Virus record (IMG/VR): IMGVR_UViG_2928503688_000006
Coordinates: 5,660 to 69,659 of that record
DNA length: 64,000 nucleotides
Origin: a virus
Taxonomy: Duplodnaviria; Caudoviricetes
Reading direction: 5' to 3' (one strand)
Positions 17,107-25,639 of the stretch are shown here, piece after piece; the stretch's first letter is position 1; each line of letters starts with the position of its first letter. A program made the position numbers and the translations under genes. The notes beneath the pieces were generated by a model that saw only the letters and a program-made list of their open reading frames with translations, ran no database searches and was not told the DNA's origin.

Positions 17107-19601
17107 TGGGCGCTTACGAAGATTTCCTGAAGCGCAAGATCAAGATGGCGAACTTCAGTGGGTTCCACGTCGAGCCTTCGGCGTTGCATCCCTGCCTATT
17201 CGATCATCAGCGCGACATCGTCCGTTGGGCCGTCCTGGGAGGAAGCCGCGCGATCTTCGCCAAGTTCGGCCTTGGCAAGTCGGTCATGCAGTGCGAATGG
17301 TTGCGCCAGATCATTGCGGCAGCAGGCGGATTCGGTCTGATCGTCTGCCCGCTAGGAGTCCGTCAAGAGTTGATTCGCGACGCAAAGATGCTCGGCATTG
17401 AACTCCGGTTCATCCGCGGTCCATCGGAGATGACGAACGACCATGCGTTCTACTTGACGAACTACGAAACAGTCCGCGACGGAAAACTTGACCCGGCGCT
17501 ATTCATTGCGGTCAGCTTGGACGAGGCGATGGTACTCCGCAGTTACGGCAGCAAGACCTATCAGGAATTCTTGCCATTATTCGAAGGTGTCCGCTTCAAG
17601 CTGGTCAACACGGCGACGCCGAGCCCGAACCGTTTTAAGGAACTTATCCACTATGCAGGGTTCCTGGGCGTGATGGATACCGGACAGGCATTGACGCGCT
17701 TCTTCCAGCGCGACAGTGAGAAAGCTGGCAACCTAACTCTCTACCCGCATAAGGAAGAGGAGTTCTGGCTATGGGTTAGTTCGTGGGCTGTTTTCATCCA
17801 GTTCCCTAGCGACCTAGGTTACTCGGACGAAGGGTATGACCTGCCCGAGTTAGATGTGCGCTATCACGAAGTTCCAACTGACTACGCGAAAGCTGGCGCG
17901 GACAGAGACGGGCAAACGTTGATGTTCCAAGATCCGGCACTAGGATTGAGTGCCGCAGCAGCCGAGAAGCGCGAAAGCCTTCCGGCGCGCGTCGCCAAGG
18001 TTTCGGAAATTGTAGGCGCCGACCCTGCGGATCACTTCGTTATTTGGCATGACCTTGAATCAGAGCGGCACGCAATTCAACAGGAATTGCCAGAGGCGGT
18101 GAGTGTGTGGGGTAGCCAAGACCTTGAAGAGCGCGAGCAGCGTATCGTCGACTTCGGGGACGGTGCGTACCGCCTGCTTTCGACAAAGCCAGTGATTGCC
18201 GGCAGCGGTTGTAATTTTCAGCGCCACTGCCGCCGAGAAATTTTCGCTGGTATTGGGTTCAAGTTTGCAGACTTTATTCAGGCCGTTCATAGGTGTCAGC
18301 GTTTCCAGCAAAAGCATCGCGTAGTCATCGACATCATCTATAGCGAAGCTGAGCGCGAAGTCCTCCGCACTCTCCAGCAGAAGTGGGCACAACACGAAGA
18401 GATGGTACAGAACATGACGGAAATCATTCGCAAGTACGGGTTAAATCAGCTTGCCATGCAAGATAAACTCGCACGCTCGATTGGTATTGATCGAATCGAA
18501 GTTAGGAGCGATCGATTCGCAGTGGCGAATAACGATTGCGTTGAAGAAGCGAAGTTGCAGCCGGAAAACCATGTCGATCTGATTGTTACGTCGATTCCGT
18601 TCGCAAATCACTACGAGTACAGCCCAAGCTACAACGATTTCGGACACACTGAAGACAATGAGCACTTCTGGTCGCAGATGGACTATCTGACGCCTGAACT
18701 GCTGCGCATCCTGAAGCCCGGTCGTATCTATGCCTGCCACGTTAAGGACCGGATTCTATTCGGAAATGTGACTGGTACAGGCGTCCCGACGGTTAGCCCA
18801 TTCCATTGCGAGGCAATCATGCACGGCCGCAAGCATGGCTTCGACTACATGGGTCTGGTAACTGTCATTACAGATGTGGTGCGTGAAAACAATCAAACAT
18901 ACCGCCTTGGTTGGTCCGAGCAATGCAAGGATGGCACGAAGATGGGCGTTGGATCGCCCGAGTACATCGCTCTGTTCCGCAAGCCGCAGACCGACCGTTC
19001 GAAGGGATACGCCGATCTTCCGGTAAAGAAGTCGAAAGAGGAATACACGCGCGCGCACTGGCAGGTGGATGCGCACTCGTTCTGGCGCAGCAGTGGCAAC
19101 CGTCAGATCACAGCCGAAGAGCTGGCATCGCTCGGACCAGACAAGTTGGCCAGCATCTTCACAAAGTTCAGCCTGCAAAACGTCTACGACTATGACTTCC
19201 ATATTCGCATTGGCGAGGAACTGGAAGAGCGCGGTGCATTGCCTTCTACCTTCATGAGCCTGGCCCCCGGATCGCATCACCCGGACGTGTGGCATGACGT
19301 GACGCGCATGTTGACTCTCAACGGCGATCAGGCTAAGCGCGCAGTAGAAAAGCACGTGTGTCCGCTTCAGTTCGACATCGTTGACCGTCTGATCGATCGG
19401 TACAGCAACAAAGAAGAACTGGTGTATGACCCGTTCTGCGGCATTGGCACCGTTCCTTATCGAGCAATCTTGAAAGGCCGGCGCGGCGGAGGGTCGGAGT
19501 TGAATGCTGCTTATTTTATGGATCAGGTGCATTACCTGAAATCGGCCGAACGCGAATTCACGATGCCAACATTGTTTGATGCCTTGGAGGCAGCAGCATG
19601 A
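17106..19601 (+). CDS. SNF2-like helicase fused to an N4/N6 DNA methyltransferase
   Basis: FGLGKS Walker A, LDEA Walker B, TATPSPN; then VTSIPF (motif IV variant) and DPFCGIG (motif I). Confidence 0.85.
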   Translation: MGAYEDFLKRKIKMANFSGFHVEPSALHPCLFDHQRDIVRWAVLGGSRAIFAKFGLGKSVMQCEWLRQIIAAAGGFGLIVCPLGVRQELIRDAKMLGIELRFIRGPSEMTNDHAFYLTNYETVRDGKLDPALFIAVSLDEAMVLRSYGSKTYQEFLPLFEGVRFKLVNTATPSPNRFKELIHYAGFLGVMDTGQALTRFFQRDSEKAGNLTLYPHKEEEFWLWVSSWAVFIQFPSDLGYSDEGYDLPELDVRYHEVPTDYAKAGADRDGQTLMFQDPALGLSAAAAEKRESLPARVAKVSEIVGADPADHFVIWHDLESERHAIQQELPEAVSVWGSQDLEEREQRIVDFGDGAYRLLSTKPVIAGSGCNFQRHCRREIFAGIGFKFADFIQAVHRCQRFQQKHRVVIDIIYSEAEREVLRTLQQKWAQHEEMVQNMTEIIRKYGLNQLAMQDKLARSIGIDRIEVRSDRFAVANNDCVEEAKLQPENHVDLIVTSIPFANHYEYSPSYNDFGHTEDNEHFWSQMDYLTPELLRILKPGRIYACHVKDRILFGNVTGTGVPTVSPFHCEAIMHGRKHGFDYMGLVTVITDVVRENNQTYRLGWSEQCKDGTKMGVGSPEYIALFRKPQTDRSKGYADLPVKKSKEEYTRAHWQVDAHSFWRSSGNRQITAEELASLGPDKLASIFTKFSLQNVYDYDFHIRIGEELEERGALPSTFMSLAPGSHHPDVWHDVTRMLTLNGDQAKRAVEKHVCPLQFDIVDRLIDRYSNKEELVYDPFCGIGTVPYRAILKGRRGGGSELNAAYFMDQVHYLKSAEREFTMPTLFDALEAAA

Positions 19602-19777
19602 ACACCGAACCCACCCAGCTAGTCGCGGGCATGACGCACCGTGAAATGATCGAGATCATGCAATCCAGCGGCGTGTTCTGTTCAGTAGACAAGTTTGCTC
19701 GAATCCTCCAGGACGCACAGCGCCGCGCCATTGCGCATACACAGGTTACTGAGGAAGTGAAGGGAGAGACGGAGTGA
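19598..19777 (+). CDS. 59-aa hypothetical protein (absent from track)
   Basis: ATGA/GTGA coupling at both ends. Confidence 0.5.
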   Translation: MNTEPTQLVAGMTHREMIEIMQSSGVFCSVDKFARILQDAQRRAIAHTQVTEEVKGETE

Positions 19778-20088
19778 AAAAAGCTTATATCAGCGGGCCC
19801 ATGACCGGAAAGCCGGATCTAAACTTTCCGGCTTTTAACGAAGCGGCCGCCGCACTGCGCGCACTGGGATGGGTGGTCGTAAATCCAGTCGATGTGAACC
19901 CCGATCCGGGCGTCGATTGGTTGACATGCATCGTCGCCGATCTGGAGGCCATGCGCGGCTGTACTGCGATTGCGTTACTTCCCGGTCACGAAACATCGGA
20001 TGGTGCTGCTATGGAAAAAATCGCGGCTAAGCGCTTGGGCATGTCATTTCACAACATCGAAGACCTTCTTCAATCGGAGCCCGCATGA
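19774..20088 (+). CDS. DUF4406 (nucleoside deoxyribosyltransferase-like) protein
   Basis: YISGPMTG...NFPAF...VVNP...LLPG..SDGA..E. Confidence 0.88.
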   Translation: MKKAYISGPMTGKPDLNFPAFNEAAAALRALGWVVVNPVDVNPDPGVDWLTCIVADLEAMRGCTAIALLPGHETSDGAAMEKIAAKRLGMSFHNIEDLLQSEPA

Positions 20089-20222
20089 CTTCCCAAGGAA
20101 TCGGATTCGGCTGCGGACTCGCGATGGTGCTTGGCTATGCGCATCACCACAGCATTCTATGGACCATCCTCGACGGCGTGCTCGGATGGCTGTACGTCCT
20201 GTATTTCGCTCTTAGTTACTGA
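20085..20222 (+). CDS. 45-aa membrane protein (absent from track)
   Basis: HHSILWTILDGVLGWLYVLYF; ATGA-coupled. Confidence 0.6.
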   Translation: MTSQGIGFGCGLAMVLGYAHHHSILWTILDGVLGWLYVLYFALSY

Positions 20223-20233
20223 TCGGGGACAAC

Positions 20234-20428
20234 ATGACATTCCAATCCACCACCGCATCCGAGTTGCTAGTTCGCATCGGCATGCTTCAGCGTCAGATCG
20301 TGGAAAGCTCTGCCAAGGGCTTCGGCAACGGCGAGACTATCCGCGCTATTGGCGAGCTTGGTCACCTTGTGGAATCGCTTGAGGAAGAGGCGGTGAAAGA
20401 ACATCTGTCGGTGCGGGAGGTTGCGTGA
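20234..20428 (+). CDS. Hypothetical protein
   Basis: 64-aa ORF coupled to next gene. Confidence 0.55.
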   Translation: MTFQSTTASELLVRIGMLQRQIVESSAKGFGNGETIRAIGELGHLVESLEEEAVKEHLSVREVA

Positions 20429-20922
20429 GCGATCCGAAAAAGTCAAATCCTAAAGATGCAATCGGCGCGCGCAAGGCACCCATGAGCACGGTTCCTGCCG
20501 CAGTACTCGCTGAACTGGGCGTCGCGATGCTGGAGGGGGCGTGCAAGCATGGAAAGTACAACTATCGTGCAGTTGGCGTTCGCGCATCAATCTATTACGA
20601 CGCCACGTTTCGCCATCTCATGGCTTGGTGGGAAGGTGAAAGTATCGATCCTGATTCGGGGTTGTCACACATCACCAAGGCTATTGCCTCTCTTGTCGTG
20701 CTTCGTGACGCAATGATCCAAGGAAAAATGACCGACGACCGTGCACCCTCATCCATCGAGTTCTACGCTGCACTGAACACGATTGCGGCAGCGATTATTG
20801 ACCGCTACGCCGACAAGAAGCCGCGCCATTACAGCATCGCCGACACGAACGCCATGACCGAACACGCCGCACGCGAGGAAGATGCACGGCTAGTTGCTAT
20901 ATGCAATGCGGGGGCGGTATGA
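20425..20922 (+). CDS. dATP/dGTP diphosphohydrolase domain protein (DUF5664)
   Basis: SNPKDAIG..K.P, GACKHGKYNYR, RHLMAWWEGESIDPDSGLSH. Confidence 0.85.
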   Translation: MSDPKKSNPKDAIGARKAPMSTVPAAVLAELGVAMLEGACKHGKYNYRAVGVRASIYYDATFRHLMAWWEGESIDPDSGLSHITKAIASLVVLRDAMIQGKMTDDRAPSSIEFYAALNTIAAAIIDRYADKKPRHYSIADTNAMTEHAAREEDARLVAICNAGAV

Positions 20923-21332
20923 GCGCCGCCCTCTATAGAGAGTTCACACTGAAAAACGGCGGCGTCTGGAGCGCCGTCGTCGCCTTCATCAAGGCCAATG
21001 CACCTGTATTTGCAGACAAGGGCGAACCGCTGCGGCTGATCGTGACGGCAGAGGAACGCCAGCGCAATACGCAACAGAACCGATTCTATTGGGGCGCCGT
21101 CCTGAAGCAGATCGCCGAGAGCGCTTGGGTCGATGGAAGGCAATACGACAAAGACACATGGCACGAATTCTTCGCCAGGAGGTATGGCGTCATGGACGAA
21201 CTGACGCTTCCCGATGGCGAGATCATCACGCGCCGCAAGTCCACGACGCAAATGAGCGTTGGCGAATTCAGTGAATATTTGAATAGCGTGCAGGCATATG
21301 CAGGCGAAACGCTTGCCGTGGAGTTTTCATGA
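20919..21332 (+). CDS. NinB/Orf-like recombination protein
   Basis: RNTQQNRFYWG, WHEFF, STTQMSVGEFSEYL. Confidence 0.8.
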   Translation: MSAALYREFTLKNGGVWSAVVAFIKANAPVFADKGEPLRLIVTAEERQRNTQQNRFYWGAVLKQIAESAWVDGRQYDKDTWHEFFARRYGVMDELTLPDGEIITRRKSTTQMSVGEFSEYLNSVQAYAGETLAVEFS

Positions 21333-21456
21333 AATCCAGCCGATTCCTCGCCATCTGCGCGGCTATTTACGTCTCTCCGCACGTCTCTCCGATGGTAGGC
21401 ATAAGCGCCGGTATCTGGTTCTTGGCGTGGTCGTTCTATCACGCGTGGAGGGACGA

Positions 21457-21900
21457 ATGACCCTCGCCCGCAAAACACCCATGCGCCGTACCGCCTTCAA
21501 GCGCAAGGAGCCCAAGCCATTCGCCCTGCCCGACCGCCAGCAATTCGAGCGCAACCAGGAGGCGAAGGGGCGAGTATCGCGGAAGAAGGCCGCGACTGCC
21601 GCAGAGAAGCGCCACATGGATTCGGTTGTGCGCTTGGGCTGCATCGCATGCCGCAACCTCGGCATGGGCGAGACGCCATGTGAAATCCATCATGTCAGGT
21701 TTCTTGCTGGCGCCGGCCAGCGGGCTAGCCATATGGACGTGCTGGGCTTGTGCCCGAATCACCATAGGTTAGGAGGTTACGGAGTTGCCTTCCATGCAGG
21801 TCCAGAGGTTTGGCAGCAAACCTATGGACCTGAGGCCGATCTACTCGCGCAGACAAAGCGCGAGACGGGTGTTGAACAAGGAGAGAGGGAGGTCGCTTGA
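21457..21900 (+). CDS. Ref-like HNH recombination-enhancement nuclease
   Basis: GCIACR...EIHH...RASH..VLGLCPNHH. Confidence 0.82.
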   Translation: MTLARKTPMRRTAFKRKEPKPFALPDRQQFERNQEAKGRVSRKKAATAAEKRHMDSVVRLGCIACRNLGMGETPCEIHHVRFLAGAGQRASHMDVLGLCPNHHRLGGYGVAFHAGPEVWQQTYGPEADLLAQTKRETGVEQGEREVA

Positions 21901-22478
21901 ACATACTGATTGGCTGCGAGGAATCTGGAACCGTACGCGATGCATTCGCGGCACGCGGTCACAAGGTTCTCTCATGCGATCTGATGCCGACTCGATCGCG
22001 CGGCCCGCACTACGAGGGCGATATTTTCGACGTGATCGACTATCCGTGGGATCTAGCGATCTTTCACCCACCATGCACCCACACATCGGTAAGCGGCGCG
22101 AGGCATTTCGCAGAGAAGTGGATGGACGGCAGACAGGCGGCCGGCGTGGCGTTCTTCATGAACCTCGTGCGCCGATCCGCCCACATTCCCAAGACAGTCT
22201 TCGAGCAGCCTGTGTCGGTCATGAGCAGTCTTTACAGAAAGCCTGACCAGGTAATCCATCCTTGGCAGTTCGGCCACGGCGAAACCAAGGCGACGTGTCT
22301 ATGGTTGAGGGGCGTCCAGCCTCTTGTTCCAACGCAGGTTGTTGACGGGCGTGCGGATCGAATTCATAAGATGGCGCCCGGTCCCGATCGCGCAAGGGAG
22401 CGGTCGAAGACATATGAAGGTATCGCGAATGCGATGGCAGAGCAGTGGTCACTTTCAATCAATCAGGAAGCAGCATGA
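21897..22478 (+). CDS. Short C5-cytosine methyltransferase-like protein
   Basis: LIGCEESG (SAM motif I-like), SCDL, HPPCT catalytic PC, GETKATCLW. Confidence 0.75.
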   Translation: MNILIGCEESGTVRDAFAARGHKVLSCDLMPTRSRGPHYEGDIFDVIDYPWDLAIFHPPCTHTSVSGARHFAEKWMDGRQAAGVAFFMNLVRRSAHIPKTVFEQPVSVMSSLYRKPDQVIHPWQFGHGETKATCLWLRGVQPLVPTQVVDGRADRIHKMAPGPDRARERSKTYEGIANAMAEQWSLSINQEAA

Positions 22479-22699
22479 ACCTATTCAAGAAACTCTTTGG
22501 CCGCAAGAAGCCGGAACCGGCGACGGCTGCGGCAGTGTCGGCTATCCGGGCGCGGGTTTATTCGGGCGAACCCGTTCCGTTCGACCCGACGACCACAACA
22601 GTGGAGAGAAAGATCGAGGGCAACACGTTCGTGATCGATCCGTCATATGGCATCGTCATCGAGAATGTGCCGGTTCTGACTGGTGAGGAAATGAAATGA
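22475..22699 (+). CDS. Hypothetical protein
   Basis: ATGA-coupled ORF. Confidence 0.55.
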   Translation: MNLFKKLFGRKKPEPATAAAVSAIRARVYSGEPVPFDPTTTTVERKIEGNTFVIDPSYGIVIENVPVLTGEEMK

Positions 22700-22968
22700 A
22701 CAACCAATCGAAATTTACTATCCATGTTGACGCATCAGCTCTTGAGGAGCCGATTGCCAGATTGCAAAAGGTCATCGAGGATGTAGCGGAACGTGTCGGT
22801 ATCGTGGCCGATCAATTGGAATCGGGCATAGCTGCATCGCGTCTCGGTGTTCCTGACGCAATCCATGTCATCGGAATGCGTGGCGTTATGACAGAGGCCG
22901 CCCAGCAATTGCGCGTGCTGCTTGGTGCGACTGAGGAGCCGGAAGCGGAAATGGGATGCGCGAAATGA
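22696..22968 (+). CDS. Hypothetical protein
   Basis: ATGA-coupled ORF. Confidence 0.6.
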   Translation: MNNQSKFTIHVDASALEEPIARLQKVIEDVAERVGIVADQLESGIAASRLGVPDAIHVIGMRGVMTEAAQQLRVLLGATEEPEAEMGCAK

Positions 22969-23279
22969 TCGACATCGACGCATTGGAAGCGCTGGCGAAC
23001 GCTTCTCAATCAAAGGACGTCAGTGTTGACGAAGCGCTGTCATTCGTTGAGGCAACGATGCCTGAGTCGGTTCTCGCTCTTATCGCGGAGGTGCGGGCTC
23101 TGCGGGAGACGGTTTCTCGTGACGGGTGGCATCTCGCGCCGATCGAGCCGACGCCTGCGATGCTCGACACGGCGGTTGCGTTCGCTCTCAACGTAGCAAT
23201 TAGCAGCGAATACAACTGGTCGGCTTACATGCGCGACGTGTGGATGAACATGCTCAACGCCGCGCGAGGTGCCAAATGA
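22965..23279 (+). CDS. Hypothetical protein (ead/Ea22-like N-terminus)
   Basis: IDIDALEALA...PESVLALIAEVRAL; GWHLAPIEPTPAM. Confidence 0.6.
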   Translation: MIDIDALEALANASQSKDVSVDEALSFVEATMPESVLALIAEVRALRETVSRDGWHLAPIEPTPAMLDTAVAFALNVAISSEYNWSAYMRDVWMNMLNAARGAK

Positions 23280-23497
23280 CGGGCCTTGTCCCCGGCCTCC
23301 TAATAGGCTTTCTCCTCGGCCTGTTCGCCGTCTGCGCCCTTGTCGCCCTCTTCCTCCTACACCGCCCACGGTATGTAGCGCCGATGCGGTACAACCGGAA
23401 ATGGCGGGATAAGCCTGTGCCGGAGGTCGTGCCGGATTGGGCGAAGGGGGAAGGCGTGGATTACCGATTTATCAATTTAACCGGAGAGGAAAGATGA
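23276..23497 (+). CDS. Small membrane protein
   Basis: N-terminal hydrophobic helix. Confidence 0.6.
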   Translation: MTGLVPGLLIGFLLGLFAVCALVALFLLHRPRYVAPMRYNRKWRDKPVPEVVPDWAKGEGVDYRFINLTGEER

Positions 23498-23688
23498 GGA
23501 TATTGACTGTCAAGCGGCGGTTTCTTTGGATTTTTCCTTACTCCTACACCACGGAGAAACCGCATATTCGGCGGTCAAACGGCGGCCTGATTCCTTGCTG
23601 GGTTTGTGTCTCAGAAGGGACGACCACTGGATTTGGGCATACGCCGTTGCAAGCGTGGCACGATTGGGCGAATTGGGCTCTGCTTTAG
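23494..23688 (+). CDS. Small Trp-rich hypothetical protein
   Basis: ATGA-coupled; KPHIRR...GFGHTPLQAW. Confidence 0.55.
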   Translation: MRILTVKRRFLWIFPYSYTTEKPHIRRSNGGLIPCWVCVSEGTTTGFGHTPLQAWHDWANWALL

Positions 23689-23776
23689 TCGAAAATCCCC
23701 GATTGACAACTCCAAACATTTGTAGTTGTGCTTATTTGTTGGTAGAATATCGAAGCTAAATCAAGCGGGGTTTGTG

Positions 23777-24277
23777 ATGATTCGAGAGAAGATTGCAAGT
23801 GATGTGCATTCGTCAAATCTCGCATGGAACGAGCGCGAGGAAAAGTCGATTGACCGCATTACTGCGCTTGGTATGTCCGATGCGCTCGGCTCTGCACTTT
23901 TGCGGTTCAAGTTCGCCAATGATCGGTCTGCTGGCAAGCGCGCCCTTCATCTTCTTGCCAACAAGGCGGCCCAGCGGCTTAGGGTCGAATTGACGTACGC
24001 ACAGAGACTGGCGACGGCATGCATCAAGGAATATCTCATTGATACATGCGACACCTGCCACGGAACCGGATACACGATGGAATCCGGTCACTCCACCAAG
24101 TGCAACAAATGCGGCGGAACAGGAGCCAAGCGCTACTCAGATTCAGAGCGCGCATTGGCTGCTGGGCTGCCGGTCGAGTCGTGGAGCAAGCACCAGAGGA
24201 AATTCGATGGCGTGATGACTTGCATGATGGCATCGGTAGCCGACACGACTGGGCATGCGCGGGAATTGCTATCGTGA
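23777..24277 (+). CDS. Q-like late antiterminator with CxxCxGxG zinc finger
   Basis: CDTCHGTG...CNKCGGTG; lies at the end of the early operon before the late promoter. Confidence 0.75.
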   Translation: MIREKIASDVHSSNLAWNEREEKSIDRITALGMSDALGSALLRFKFANDRSAGKRALHLLANKAAQRLRVELTYAQRLATACIKEYLIDTCDTCHGTGYTMESGHSTKCNKCGGTGAKRYSDSERALAAGLPVESWSKHQRKFDGVMTCMMASVADTTGHARELLS

Positions 24278-25062
24278 GTACGTGGTTCCTTGGTTTCTCC
24301 AGTCTTCAGGAATGGATGGATTTCGCCGACGGATTGCAGAAGAATTGCCGACGATGCACTGAATGCAATCGACAAAAAACCATTTCCCAATTTGCCACTG
24401 ATAGCGATACGTGCAAGTCATGCGAACGTCATCCCCATCTATTAGGGGCGCTGCCGAAGTTAAGGACTTGCAAAACTTGTCGCATCGAATTGCCGAATAG
24501 ATTCTTCGGGGGTAGACGCCACGATCAATACCCCGCATGCATGAAGTACACAACTTGCGTCTTCTGCGAAGCTAAGACGGAAGATATGCGGTGGACGGGA
24601 AAGCGGGACGAAAGAAATCAGTTTGAAGCCGAAGAGATGCGGCGCAAAGAAGAATTGTGGTGGGAGCAAAATGCAGACAAGGTAGCGCAATGGGCACACG
24701 AGTATTCGCTTGATGGCATGGTCGAGAGACTGGCTGAGGAAGGTCGCCGGCGCGAGGCCGCCCAGATTCGGGCGACGCCACCATGGGCCGATCCGAAGAA
24801 GATCGCGGCAATCTATGCGGAGGCTGCGCGGCTTACTGCCGAGACGGGCATCCCGCACCATGTCGATCATATCGTCCCACTTCAAGGCCCAGTAGCCACC
24901 TACGGGCCGTTTAAAGGCATGCGGATTGTGTTCGGGCTGCACTGGGAGGGAAATCTACAAGTGATTCCTGCCAGAGATAATGTTTGCAAGGGCAACCGCT
25001 GGTGGCCCGACATGCCAGAAGAAGTGCGGGCGACACGCAAAATATTGCGCATCGCAGCTTGA
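24274..25062 (+). CDS. HNH endonuclease with N-terminal Cys clusters
   Basis: HHVDHIVPLQG...GLHWEGNLQVIPARDNVCKGN; several CxxC pairs. Confidence 0.9.
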   Translation: MSTWFLGFSSLQEWMDFADGLQKNCRRCTECNRQKTISQFATDSDTCKSCERHPHLLGALPKLRTCKTCRIELPNRFFGGRRHDQYPACMKYTTCVFCEAKTEDMRWTGKRDERNQFEAEEMRRKEELWWEQNADKVAQWAHEYSLDGMVERLAEEGRRREAAQIRATPPWADPKKIAAIYAEAARLTAETGIPHHVDHIVPLQGPVATYGPFKGMRIVFGLHWEGNLQVIPARDNVCKGNRWWPDMPEEVRATRKILRIAA

Positions 25063-25086
25063 CAAGCACAACGGATGGTGTATTCT
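25059..25086 (+). promoter_or_regulatory. Late (pR'-like) promoter
   Basis: TTGACA-N16-TATTCT downstream of Q and HNH. Confidence 0.65.
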
Positions 25087-25193
25087 GCAAACTTAGTCGT
25101 CGTAGTGGTGTGGGCGAAACAGAGACCGCGCCAGACGATAGAGCGAAAGCTCCAGTTCAGCCTTCGATGGCAGAACTCACCCTGAAATTCCTT

Positions 25194-25228
25194 AAAAGCC
25201 CTGCCAGCCAACGCTGCCGGGGCTTTTT
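25194..25228 (+). terminator. tR'-like terminator
   Basis: AAAAGCCC...GGGCTTTTT about 110 nt after the promoter. Confidence 0.75.
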
Positions 25229-25241
25229 GCATTCTGCCGCC

Positions 25242-25424
25242 ATGCACTCTCACGCTCAAGAATCCTACCTCTACGGCGATCCCGCAAAGGTGCTTGAGGC
25301 CAAACAGGCACGTGAATCTCGCCAGAAGAAACGCATCATCGAAGGCGACGACTGCAATAACTGGAGCCCGGCGCGGAAAGCAGCTGAGGCGCTGTTCGAT
25401 ATTCCTGCTGGGCGGAAGCTGTAA
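25242..25424 (+). CDS. Small hypothetical protein
   Basis: MHSHAQESYLYGDPAKVLEAKQ; TAATG-coupled to next gene. Confidence 0.55.
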   Translation: MHSHAQESYLYGDPAKVLEAKQARESRQKKRIIEGDDCNNWSPARKAAEALFDIPAGRKL

Positions 25425-25636
25425 TGGGACTGATAGCCGCAGACGACATGAGCCAGCGCGAGCAGGCAATACTTTTCGAATTCACGCGCGATGTTGCTGA
25501 TGCGGCGTTTCGTGCGGGCTATCTGATGAAAGCATGGCAACCGAACGACGCGATGTGTCTGCGGTTGAGAGGCTATCACCAGGCTGGATTGTCGCCAGAT
25601 GAAGCCGCCGACGGGCTATTTGCCGTACATCACTGA
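25424..25636 (+). CDS. Small hypothetical protein
   Basis: 70 aa; LRGYHQAGLSPDEAADGLF. Confidence 0.65.
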   Translation: MGLIAADDMSQREQAILFEFTRDVADAAFRAGYLMKAWQPNDAMCLRLRGYHQAGLSPDEAADGLFAVHH

Positions 25637-25639
25637 TCC

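Noticed and set aside
20425-20922. 2-aminoadenine (Z) genome pathway
   Set aside because: DUF5664 is present, but no PurZ or dedicated polymerase is visible.
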